From Podarcis liolepis (taxonomy: Eukaryota): a stretch of 64,000 nucleotides of DNA. The position numbers were made by a program, and so were the translations under genes. This document shows, piece by piece, positions 11,927 to 23,193 of the stretch. The DNA lies in assembly GCA_965112155.1 (NCBI GenBank), contig OZ218101.1; one strand, given 5' to 3'. How positions within the stretch are numbered: the stretch's first letter is position 1; each line of letters begins with the position of its first letter. Below the pieces are notes generated by a model, which worked only from the letters and a program-made list of their open reading frames with translations, was not told where the DNA came from and made no database searches.

Positions 11927-13007
11927 CTCGACACTGTAAATCGTAATGTCCTGTGGACTGTCGTCCTGAAAGTCGGCTGCCCAGATAAATTTGTGCACAT
12001 CCTTTGGCTCCTCCATGATAATATAATAGCAACAATCACAGATAGCAATGACTCTCAAAGTGAACCATTCACAGTGAGACCAGCTGTTAAACAGGGATGT
12101 GTTTTCAGCCCAACTCTATTTATTATTTTCATGGCCATGATCCTACACATTGTCAAAGGGAAACTCCCCACCAGGGTAGAAATCATATATTGAACAGATG
12201 GAAAGCTCTTTAACTTGAGTAGGCTGAAAGCAAAGAGCAAGGTTACCAAAACTTCTGTCCTAGAGCTTCAATATTCTGATGACACCATAGTGTGCGCACA
12301 CTCAGAGGATGACCTCCAAACCATCTAAATTGCTTTGCAGAAGCTTACGAAAAGCTTGGCCTATTGTTCAACATCCCAAAAAGCAAAGTGCTGCACCAAC
12401 AAGCACAAAGCAACCCCTCTGCAGTGCCTCGAGTCCAGCTTAATGGTGTAACATTGGAAAATGTCAATCACTTCTCTACCTGGGCAGCTATCTGTTCACA
12501 AGGGCCAACATTGATGCCAAAATCTAGCATCGCCTGAGCTCTGTGCAGCTTTCTCCTGAATGAAGTGCAGAGTGTTTGAGGACCAGGACATTTGCAGGGA
12601 AACAAAAATGCTTGTTTACAAAGCTATTGTACTACCAACCTTACTGTACGCTTGTGAAACATGGACGACTTATAAACACCATCTCCATCTCCTCGAAAAA
12701 TTCCATCAGCAGTGTCTCCAAAATGTTTTACAGATCACTTGGGAAGACAGTGCGAGTGCTCCAACTGGTGAACAGCCTTTACCAAAGGCGCCTGAACTCA
12801 GGACAAAAGGGACAAATGTGCTAAGAGGAAGGCACATTTGGCAAACTCTCATTTTGATCAGCTCCCACCTGGAAACCTATGTCCCTACTGTGGAAGGATG
12901 TGTGGATCCAGAATTGGCCTCCACAGTCACTTACAGACTCTCTATTAAGACCGTGTTCATGGAAGACAATCATACTCAGCTACGAGTGATCACCAAAGAA
13001 GAAGAAG
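11927..13007 (+). mobile_element. 5'-truncated, degraded RTE-clade LINE (not Bov-B) with an internal deletion
   Basis: RT motifs DTVNR, KQGCVFSPTLF, LQYSDD; downstream YKAIVLPTLLYACETW; C-terminal CPYCGRMCGSRIGLHSHL zinc finger; (GAA)n tail; 12-bp TSD ACTTCTGCTTGC at 11915-11926 and 13008-13019. Confidence 0.88.
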
Positions 13008-13287
13008 ACTTCTGCTTGCTTCCATCTAAGTGGATACAATGTGGTCAGTGTTCTCTAAGGTCTGTCAAAGAATACTTCCTGGTGTGTGGCTTTTACTGTC
13101 ACTGCAGTATTGTGATTTCATAACCTGAATGGGCAATAAGGATCTCCACCCCGAAAGCAGAAGAGAGGGCTGTTACACATACTGATTTAAAATCTAGTCA
13201 ACTCTTTTGTGTGGACTTCAAGTGATAATTATTATGCAACAGAACCCGAACAGTGAAGTTACAAAAGTGATTTCCAGCATCACCCTA

Positions 13288-13532
13288 TGTTTATATATAA
13301 GCTAGCTTATTGTTTGTAAAGTCACTTGCTTTTATGCTTAACAGTTTTTATCTACAGAGTACAGAATACAGAGACCACTGAGGAAGAGCAAGATTGAAAC
13401 ACATTTGGGTCCTATGATACTTTGTGATTTATAATCTGTTGTTAACATTTTGTCAGTTTGTGCTGTTTGTGTTTGGATTCTTTTGCTTTGGAAATAAGTA
13501 GATATATATGGTCTGCTTTTAATTCCATCAGA
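13288..13532 (+). mobile_element. Hammerhead-bearing repeat, copy 1 (Penelope pseudo-LTR / retrozyme-like)
   Basis: Direct repeat of 14758-15000; contains GACCA-CTGAGGA-AGAGCAAGATT-GAAAC-ACATT-TGGGTC. Confidence 0.65.
13373..13411 (+). ncRNA. Decayed minimal type-I hammerhead ribozyme motif
   Basis: CUGANGA (13378-13384) and GAAAC (13396-13400) enclosed by GACC/GGTC; stem II damaged. Confidence 0.5.
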
Positions 13533-14757
13533 ATTAAGTCCAGTTTTGTTCCATAGATGATATTTAGAGGTCAAGGAGCATAGGATTGTAGCCTCAAAAT
13601 TGTTAGGGCAATTTGGAAGCAATTTTGCATGAAATGATTTGCTTGTTTAACACAGTTTGCTTTTAGCTTCAGTGAAAGAATCTGATGCATCTTGTCAAGG
13701 CCCAAGACTACCTTCTTCCCACACTTTTCTTTCTTACACAGAAAACTTTGAATTAAAGCCATGTTTTTCCTTCTTGATGGAAGCTTTGAAGTCAAGTAAT
13801 ATATACATCCCTGCTCTTCTTTTCCCAAATGAATATTCTCTGTTGCCATCTTTGTAGCATGCCACCTGATGAAGCTGTTAAAGTTAATAAAGTTCAAGAA
13901 GCAACTCCTTTGGCCCTTGACAGCTACTGTCAAATGAGTTACATTTCTTTAAAAACAAAAAAAGTACACTGAATTATGGAGAATGTTTGAATCAGGTTCA
14001 CTCCAGCAAAGCTAAAGGGGGAGCCTGTGCATCATAATTTGCTTTTTGAGATGCCTCTATTTTCAGTTGCTGTCACATATGCATAACTGTTATTGGAAGT
14101 CTGTAATAATGACTGGAACCTCTCCACCACAATTATTGATTCAAATTATTGTTTCAGGGGTGGAGAATGTTGAACTTCCCATGACTGCTTTCTTAGCATC
14201 TGGCCAAAATTGCACAGTGGCTAAGGAGACCCATGTATGCCAAAAAAAAATTGTGTGGATGCCACAAATCAAGGCCAAAGTATGTAAGAAGGAGTTGGCA
14301 ATCTGTGACCCTTACAACACCCATCATCCCTGATCATTGGCTATGCTGGCTGGAGGTGATGGAAGTTGTAGTCTGACAGTGTCTGGAGTGACATAGGTTT
14401 CCAACCTTTGATAGAAAATAACCTTTCAGAACCTATGCTGCTCCTTGTACCTTGGAGCTATCTTGTAGGCCACAGAGCCAGGAAGAAAATAGCAGTAAAA
14501 TATACAACAGGGAGGCAGGAATGCTGACCTACCCTCCTCCTAATGAATTAGGAACCAGATCAGAGTCCAGGGACGTACAGTGATGTTTGATGGCTCTCCG
14601 GGCAAACTAACTTAAGATACTTGCTCCATTTGGAAACACATCTCTCAATTTTAAAGATCCCACTTGACTGTGCAATACATGCACATATTTGTATGTGGCA
14701 TTCAAAGGCTGGATAAGTATTCTTGCTAGCAATCCAAATTGGTGATTACTTTTGATT

Positions 14758-15000
14758 TGTATATATAAAAGCTGGCTTATTGTTTGTAAAGTCACACTTT
14801 TATGCCTAACAGTTTTTATCTACATAGTACAGAGACCGCTGAGGAAGACCAAGGTTGAAACACATTGGGGTCCTATGATACTTTGTGATTTATAATCTGT
14901 TCATATTGTTCATATTTTGTCAGTATACGCTGTTTGTGTTTGGGTAGTTTTGTTTTGGAAATAAGTAGAGATATACGGTTTGCTTTTAATTCCATCAGAT
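14758..15000 (+). mobile_element. Hammerhead-bearing repeat, copy 2
   Basis: Roughly 85-90% identical by eye to 13288-13532, with three small indels. Confidence 0.65.
14834..14872 (+). ncRNA. Decayed minimal type-I hammerhead ribozyme motif
   Basis: GACC-G-CTGAGGA-A-GACC-AA-GGTT-GAAAC-ACATT-GG-GGTC: both core boxes, stem II (GACC/GGTT) and stem I (GACC/GGTC) are present. Confidence 0.62.
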
Positions 15001-15161
15001 TGTTTTTATATGCCAAAAGTATGTAGTATATTAGTTTGTAAGGGTTACTTTTTATTGTTGATCCTAATGGAGAAAGAAGAGCTTTGGGTAAAGCAGAACA
15101 TCACACATCACAAACATATCTTGTAGACTATATTTGATATAACACAGTTGGGCTGTATTTA

Positions 15162-15230
15162 GAGTCAATCCACTGGGTTAAGAATTGTATCTGCTCTGGA
15201 GTCAATCCACTGGGTTAAGAATTGTATCTG
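15162..15230. repeat. Exact 32-bp tandem duplication with a 5-bp spacer
   Basis: GAGTCAATCCACTGGGTTAAGAATTGTATCTG at 15162-15193 and 15199-15230. Confidence 0.95.
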
Positions 15231-16275
15231 AATTTAGAATTTAGAAACTTGGAGAACTCTAATTTCTGACGGTGCATGACTAAGCAACTGAATCTGAGAG
15301 TGAAGTATTTTTGCTCATGGAGCAAGTCCATGTTGAAGAAAACTCACATGTGCAGAAATCAACTACTAATATCTAAGGGGGGAGGAGAGGAGAGGAGAGG
15401 GATGGAGAAGAGCCTTTCTAAGAGAATTTAAATAAAGCTCTTCTCAGCTCTTGTCAGTTTCTTCCATGTGATGTGTAAAACAAGGTTAAGGTTAAGAGTG
15501 GCAGCCTAGGGGAGGAAAACACAGAGGGAGGAACTGGATGAGTTCAAAGTCTCATTCCTCTGCAAATTTCTTTGCAACACGGGCCCTGTTTGTGGTGCTA
15601 TTTTTAAATCTGAAACATCAAACCCTTCTTTCCATTAGCAAGTTATAGGACACTGACATTCTAATGCCTCCAAAGTTCATTATGCACTTGGAAAGTGACT
15701 GCCTCGTGTAAAATATTGTCGCCACAGAACATTTCTGGGATTTTCAAGTGCCCTTGCTGAGTTCCATCCTCATTAAACTACCCAGTGTGTGTTCTCAGCT
15801 GGACAGCATCTTTATAACTTCCAAGTAAGTCAAGTGGAGCCCTTGCCGGGCACAAAATGCAGCAGATGCAAGGAAGGAAAGAAATGAAGGCTTGCTTGTT
15901 ACAAATAAACAAAAGATCAAATCCCTCAAACCAGTCCCTGAAGCGATAACCTCCAAGTTGAAATGCTTGTGATGTCTATTTTGGTTTCTCATTTTTCCAG
16001 TGTTAAGTTTTTCCACATCAGGTTGCATTTACACACAGATCATACATACATACATACATACATGCATGCATGCATAATTTTAGTTGTATGTCATCTTTCC
16101 ACAGTTGAAGCCATGCTCAAGCTGGCTTACAACATGAAAAAATACATAACATAACAAAAGTAGTCATAAACAATAAATAAAGCATGGGGAAAATATACAA
16201 CCAAACTAAACAATTGTCACATAAATTACAACAAGATCTAAAATTAAGATGCAAAAAAGCAACAGCAACAACAGT

Positions 16276-16647
16276 AACACTGTCCAACCATCTCGTCCTC
16301 TGTCGTCCCCTTCTCCTTGTGCCCTCCATCTTTCCCAACATCAGGGTCTTTTCCAGGGAGTCTTCTCTTCTCATGAGGTGGCCAAAGTATTGGAGCCTCA
16401 GCTTCAGGCTCTGTCCTTCCAGTGAGCACTCAGAGCTAATTTCCTTAAGAATGGATGTGTTTGATCTTCTTGCAGTCCATGGGACTCTCAAGAGTCTCCT
16501 CCAGCACCATAATTCAAAAGCATCAATTCTTCGGCGATCAGCCTTCTTTATGGTCCAGCTCTCACTTCCATACATCACTACTGGGAAAACCATGGCTTTA
16601 ACTATACGGACCTTTGTTGGCAAGGTCATCTCTCTGTTTTTTAAGAT
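16276..16647 (-). mobile_element. Bov-B (RTE) LINE fragment lacking both ends
   Basis: Minus ORF TLPTKVRIVKAMVFPVVMYGSESWTIKKADRRRIDAFELWCWRRLLRVPWTARRSN...LEKTLMLGK...RGRQRTRWLD is the Bov-B C-terminus; near-identical to 31318-31689. Confidence 0.93.
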
Positions 16648-17696
16648 ACATACTACTTTCTTACAACAAAATACTTAGGTTAGTAATTCATCCATTTGTT
16701 TATCCACTGCATGATTGTGTGGTTATGGAGATGCTTTGTGTGCCTTATTTTAACAGATCTTGGACCACTGTGTCCAAATGTCGGTATTTATAATCTGTGC
16801 ATCAGATTCAGCCAAGTCCTGAGCCAAATCAGTTCTTTTTGGAGAGACTCGGGTGTCAAACAAATGGGGTTCAGACAGCCATGGACTGCTATGGGTTGGG
16901 TTGGATGAAACCAGAGTGATCCATGTCTGTCAGTGGGCAGGACATCTGTCAGGAAACAGAGGTAGGGAAGGCAAGAAAATCTTCCTTTCTGTATGATGTC
17001 TTCACCCCCGGATAGCATTATTAGATGACCCTACAGGGTGTGGGTGATTCATCCTAGGTTTCTCACACCCTGGAGTTCCTCTTTTGCTCAATAGCTGAGC
17101 AGTGAGAGTGATTTTATTGTGTGTAGGATTGTTCTTCTCTTGGCTATATGTTTAATTAAGCTTTAAAGTCCTTAGGAAACATTAGCTGCACTCCCGAACC
17201 TATTCAGGAATAGATCCAGGGTTAGGTGATTCACAAGGATGATCCCAAGGTGTGCCATCCTGATCAGAGCCATGGGGTGGGTAAATGGTTTGGTTCAGTA
17301 TAAATAGAGCAATGCTGGCTCACAGTTGCAGGTTGTCCTAAGCCTGATCTCCACTGCCCCACCCTAATAGTTGCCCAGGCGAAGAAAGTAGGTGATCTGA
17401 ATGGAATATTCAGACTTTCACATATCTCAATTCTTTTTTAGTTAAATTGATGCTAATAAAGATAAGAGCAACTCTTATATTGGTGAAACTTCTTTTAAAC
17501 CAAACAAGCTGTTTTGCATATGCATCCAAGTGACAAATGGGAGTCTGCAGATTTGTGATAGTCAAGAAAAGGTCTGATGCTAAAAAGTAACACAAAATGG
17601 GTAGGATTGCCCTATGCATGCAAGTTGTATGAATTTACACCAGATCCTTCCCTCTCTCTCAGCTCCGTATTGTATTTCAGGAGTAGTTTGGGGAAC

Positions 17697-17883
17697 ATAG
17701 GAGCCAACTTCTAGGGGCTGAGGTCCCTTTGCCACCCCCAATGAAATATTTGAGGGGGCTACCACCCCAAAAAGTTGATAGGCATTGCCATTCAAATGGT
17801 ATGTGTGTGTCACATCTTGTGCTAAATTATGTGGGCTGGGGCTTTCCTGTCCCCCAAATATTTTATTCAAGTTGGCATCCCTG
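17697..17883. mobile_element. hAT-like MITE
   Basis: Imperfect TIRs CATAGGAGCCAACTT / AAGTTGGCATCCCTG. Confidence 0.55.
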
Positions 17884-18557
17884 TTTGGAAGGTGAAGTGC
17901 CTCGGGGAGCTGTAATGGGTAAGAGGACCAAAAAGCTTCCACAAGCTTCCTTCCATTTGTGGTACATGGGAATGCAACTTAATTAAAGTATCAAGGTAAT
18001 GTAACTCATAGATAAAGAGGTCAAATCTGTAAAATCTATATTTCATTGTGGGTGTGGTCAGGAAATACTGCATCCCCAAGTACAGCTGCTGGATACATCA
18101 GGTTGCTAAAAAAAAGAAGAAGAAAATTCACACTGTACAGTCTAATCCTAAACACATCAATGGTTCAATCGGACTTGCTCCCTAGGAGGTGATTTTTTGA
18201 ATTAATGATGGGTGGTAGAGTTCCTCACATTGGCACCACTCTGTCCAAAATACCCATTGTGGGCTGATGGGAGATTATGACTGCCTGCCATCTGTTAATC
18301 CTGCTGTGCTGTGGGCTCCAAGCCACAATAATTCCTGCCTACTTTGGCTTGGTCATGAAGCCAGCTTGAAGGCAACTCAGGAATGCAGTATGCTCTGGAA
18401 GCAACTGGATAAATGGGTCTTTACCATGAGTGTCCACTTGTTTGGGTTTTAGTCTTGCTTTAAATGCATTTGTTGTTTTCATATTTTAAACCTTTTCAAA
18501 ATTTTCTTACATGTAAATTGGCTTGAGATGCTGATTTAGAAGGTATAGAAGTCTACA

Positions 18558-18783
18558 TACTGGCGTATGAAGGGGGAGCAAGGGAGCACACCACCCCGGG
18601 CACCATTTGGGGAAAGGGTGCCATCATGGCCACACACATCCTGGGACGCGTGCCGCACGCTGTGCAAACCCAGACACGCACCATGCCCCCGCGCCGCCCG
18701 CCATGCCCCCACAGGTGACACACTACATCCCAGGACATGTGCCACGCCACGTCTGTTCTCCACTCCATGTTGCTCTGCCACTG
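18558..18783. mobile_element. GC-rich hAT MITE
   Basis: Exact 8-bp TSD AGTCTACA (18550-18557, 18784-18791); ends TACTGGCG / TGCCACTG; related to 4598-4813. Confidence 0.82.
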
Positions 18784-19859
18784 AGTCTACAACAAAGATT
18801 TTAACAATAATAATACATTTGCTGAAAGCTTTTCTATACTTTTGGGCTTATGTAGATAATGGAAAAAACATCTTCTGCAATAGGTGATGATATGTGATTT
18901 TAAATTTGTATGTGGTCCTTACTGGAGAGAGAGAGAGAGAGAGAAGTAGGGAGAGGGGGAAGAGAGATTTGTTTTCATATTTCACAATTCCATATTCATG
19001 AAATTGTGGTATACAAGTATTTTATGAACAGATTATAAAATAAAACTTTAATGGCAAGGTCTACACTTGCACCAGTCTCATTGAAAATGAATGAGAGCTT
19101 ATCCCAGCCCCTCTAATGTAAAAAATTCTAAGGATCTCACTGATTTGTAATCCTGCTAATCAAATTCTAATTAATTCCCCTTTACCTGTGTAGCAATAAC
19201 TTCCTGACTTACATGACAATTAAGGAGTCGGTTAGCATAACTGACTCTCTGCTGCTGCATGGCAAGATGGGGCTGCTATTTTCAGCAACCCAGGGAGCAA
19301 TGATTACATCAGGTGCTGACAGTAAGAGCACATAATTAGCTCAATGAGGATGACACAGAGGCTGTGTTTCTGAGGTTCATTAATTAATATAGTGAAATAC
19401 ATTCCTGGTTCTAAGTGTCGTTAAAAACCTCCTGGATCTGATACTCAGGACACCGTGACATTCCTGTTAAGGTCGTTGCAGGATTTGTCTAAGAATACCT
19501 GGTGAAATTTATATGCAAAAGAAGGCGAACGTATTCCACAGCATGGGGAGAGCTGTGTTAAATGTTTTAACGAGACCTAAATGTATGTGCAAGACCTTTG
19601 TCTCAAAGGATGGTAACAGTGGCAGCGTTCTGTTTAATGTTTCCAGCACATAACTGCCAATGTTTTATCACTGGAAGAAGTCTCATGGCACTTACTTCTC
19701 CAAAAGAAACAAGAAAGGCAGAGCTCATCTGTTGCCATAGTGTTGTGGCCTCCAATGAGTGCAGAAGGGGAAAAAATATTTCAGACTGAGGGCTGCATTC
19801 TGAGGGCCATGTGCTGGTGGTGGGTGGGATGAGAGGAAATTTTTGGCAGATCAGTTGAT

Positions 19860-19967
19860 GTGACTGTGACTGGCCCAAGGTCACCCAGTGAGCTTCATGG
19901 CTAAGTGGGAATTTGAACCCTGGCTTCTGAGGTTCCAGTCCAACACTCTAATCACTGCACCACATTG
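19860..19967 (-). mobile_element. Old tRNA-derived SINE 5' fragment (Squam3/MIR-like)
   Basis: GTGACTGGCCCAAGGTCACCCAG...ATTTGAACCC...CTAATCACTGCACCACA is the reverse complement of a SINE head. Confidence 0.7.
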
Positions 19968-19982
19968 GAACAGATTCTTTTT

Positions 19983-20820
19983 GCGTGTTGAGTCCCACAA
20001 TTGCCACCCCCCAATAATTCACACTTCACACATCAATTTTTGTTTAGGTTTTTGGCATAATTTTGGCCACAACTTTATTCAATACAAAAATGTGAGTGGT
20101 TGCTTAGGCATTGGTTATGACTATCTGTCCATGCCCTCAGGGACAGAGCTGGCATTTCCGGACACCAGCGGAAGCCAGAGGCATTCCGGACACCAGCGGA
20201 AGCCTTAGTGGGAAACAAGTATTGGGTGAGAATGAAGCTGGGCATCAGTCCCTCACTTCTCACCCTCATATTCCTTTGGGGCTTGCACGGCCCAAGTCCG
20301 ATGCCAGGGACAAGGACGAAATAATGGCAAGCCCCTGGATTCCTTTAACGGAATTCCCTTCGCATCATTTGGAGGGGCAGGCACTTACCCCTCCAAGCAC
20401 CACTTTAACCAATGCCTAACTGCCAACCTTACAAGTTGTGACGATTTGCTACGCAGTAGGCGAAAACCAAATGGCACCAGCCAATCCGCCAGATGGCAAA
20501 ATTCCTACTGTGCCCCCGCACCAAGGCAGACGACACCATAACAGGCATAGCAAGGTCAAGCGATCCAGAGAACCCCCCTATTAAAGGGAGGGAGGGCGGG
20601 TGATCCGAAGCATAACGGCCAAGAGGAATTCCAACCTCTGGCCCCTTATATTTATAGACTCTAACCCCTCCTCTGAATTTGGCAACATACAAAACTCCCC
20701 AGCAACCCAATCTTAACCCTTTAGAAGGCTTGGGTTCTCTCCAAATCTGCCTAGTCATGGCAGGGTGGCATGTTTCCCCAACCGCAACACGTGCTCTCTG
20801 GCTAGGGAGAACACGCTTTG
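19983..20820 (-). mobile_element. Apparently complete ~840-bp non-coding element, probably derived from the terminal repeats of a DIRS/Ngaro (tyrosine-recombinase) retrotransposon
   Basis: Overlaps both other copies; minus strand has a terminal hairpin, TATAAATA (~20649-20656), CCCGCCCTCCCTCCC and AATAAAGTTGTGGCC (20065-20079); no TSD seen. Confidence 0.6.
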
Positions 20821-20944
20821 TAAAAAAACAAACAAAAAAACTCCCCCTCCCTTAATTTACAAATATATATATATAGTTTGCATCTAGGACGTTCTCCAAG
20901 TATGTAGGAATATTGGGCACTTAGGCAGGTAGAATCAGCTTCAC

Positions 20945-21616
20945 AAATATAAGATGGGTGGCACAGGATCTAGCAGTCTTGGTAGACCACAAATCAACAG
21001 TGTGATGCAGTGGCAAAAAAAAGCAGCTAATGCTATTCTAGCCTGCCTCAAGAGAAGTATAGCATCCTGATCAAGGGACATAATAGTACCACTCTACTTT
21101 GGTCAGACCACAACTGGAATATTGTGTCCAGTTCTGGGCATTACTATTTAAGGAGTATATTGACAAGGTAGATCATGTTCAGAGGTAGACAACCAAGAAG
21201 ATAAAGGGTCTTGAAACCAAGCCATATGAGGAACAGTTGAGGGGATTGAGTATGTCAAAGCCTGATCAAAAGGGGGAGGAGATACGATAACCATCTTCAA
21301 ATATCTAAAGGACTGTTACATGGCGGATGGAGCAAGCTTGTTTTCTCCTGCTCTGAAGGCCAGGACCCAAGTCAATGGATTCAAGTTACAAGAAAGGAGC
21401 TTCTGACTAAGCATCAGGAAGAACTTTCTGATAGTAAGATATGACAGTGGAACATATTCTCTAGGGAGGTAGTGGACTCTAATTCCTTGGAGATTTTAAA
21501 GCTGAGTTTGGATGGGCATCTGTCATGTACGATATAACTAAGTTTCCTGCATTGCAGGAAGTTGTATTAAATGGTCCTGGGGGCCCTTCCAACTCTACAA
21601 TTCTATGATTCTATGT
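20945..21616 (+). mobile_element. Old degraded CR1 LINE 3' fragment
   Basis: Recognisable [14 protein letters not shown] / [11 protein letters not shown] / LQERSF.LSIRKNFL remnants with many lesions; CCTTCCAACTCTAC(A)ATTCTATGATTCTATG tail. Confidence 0.88.
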
Positions 21617-21686
21617 TTCTATTATTCAATCTCCTAAATCCATTGTGAGAGGGGAAATATATATCATGTGCATCTATGTTTTATTG

Positions 21687-21822
21687 TAGGCATAGGCAGA
21701 CTCGGCCATCCAGATGTTTTGGGACAACAATTCCCATCATCCCTGACCACTGGTCCTGTTAGCTAGAGATCATGGTAGTTGTAGGCCAAAAACATCTGGA
21801 GGGGTGAGTTTGCCTATTCCTG
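21687..21822. mobile_element. ~136-bp palindromic hAT MITE
   Basis: Exact 8-bp TSD TTTTATTG (21679-21686, 21823-21830); inverted arms. More decayed relatives near 14300-14410, 31070-31194, 33565-33685, 34880-35010, 42815-42945 and 56383-56525. Confidence 0.88.
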
Positions 21823-23193
21823 TTTTATTGGATCTATTCCTTGCCCATACACTAATGTTATGGGACACACCTTGCTGCCTCCTGCCTTCAGACTCGTCAC
21901 TGTATAATCTAGAAAGCCAAAGGTTGTTATTGTATTGTCTAATCCATTAGAAATGGTGGGAGGTTCCTGTTTCAGTTAAAAGGGTTGTCTCAGATGACAT
22001 TCCATTCCCTTCTCAGTTTACAATCCAGCAATTCAAGGCAGAAGTGAAAGGTATCTAAGTTACAAAGTGACTGGTTAAAACCCATTCCCAGTCAATCAGC
22101 ATTACCTTACTCTTATCACCCACAATTTGTTTTTGTGGGCTAGCAATTTCCATGATACGAAACGAAGGAGATGGTTTGCATTTCTCATACCCCCAAACCT
22201 AGCATTATCTTCCCTGATAGAAAAAATACATAATATCAGCAAATTGAAATGGCCTTCTTTGCATGTCAGATCTTACGCTGATCACAAACACAGTCTCCAT
22301 AGTGATTAATGAATAGCATTGTGGTCATAGTGGGAAGGGTTGCCTTGCTTTGAATAGAAATGAGTCACTACAGATCTTTCTCCCTTCACTAATCTGCCTC
22401 CAAGCAACCTTATTTATTCTGACCTTCATATTTTGACTTGACTTAGAAAGTCAAATGTAGCTCAAATGCAACTTTAGTTCATCCTTATCTGAAATGCAAC
22501 CTGACTCATAAAATATAATAATAATTAAGGACTTGAATGAAGATGGTATTTCCTGTTGTCAGAAGAATGACAGAAGGCAATGCTAAAGTAATCCATAATT
22601 AATTCTATAGCTGAATAACATATTTCCGCTAAAAGCAAAGTAGCCTAAATAAGGATCTGTTTCCTGGAGAGCAAACAGCTTTCTAAATTTACATCCTATG
22701 GGCTTGGGGGGGAAATGTATTAGATAGAAATGGAAAAGTATTTGTATTCTCATGAAGTAATAAATGATGTGTCATCATTAATAGCCACAGGAAATGGTTG
22801 GCAACTCAAGCAGAATAAGAAAAAGCAGTGACAACCTGTCACTGCCTAATGAAGCTGAGAGATTAAAGGTATTCAATCATAGCATTTATACCAGTACATC
22901 GGGATTCTCTTTATTAAAAAGGCATTGCTCTAATGATGCATTGAAAGGTTTTCTCTGTAATTATAGATTGTTTTACTGATCACAATAAGATTGCAAAGGT
23001 GCTAATGGAGGATTCACATATAGCACAGGTAATATAGTACATTGGATTTCTAGGCACGGTAAATCAATTATCCGTACAATATGTGTAGATGTGCTAAGGT
23101 ATAGGGAAACATTCCCTGTGTTGACCTTAAACCAATTTCCATGCTCTACAATGTATGTATCAGAGTGTGTGCATCAGAATAGGAGGGAAGGCT

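Noticed and set aside
13866-13895. CTGATGA between the two hammerhead repeats (also at 25128, 43499, 48789)
   Set aside because: No stem II followed by GAAA; not hammerheads.
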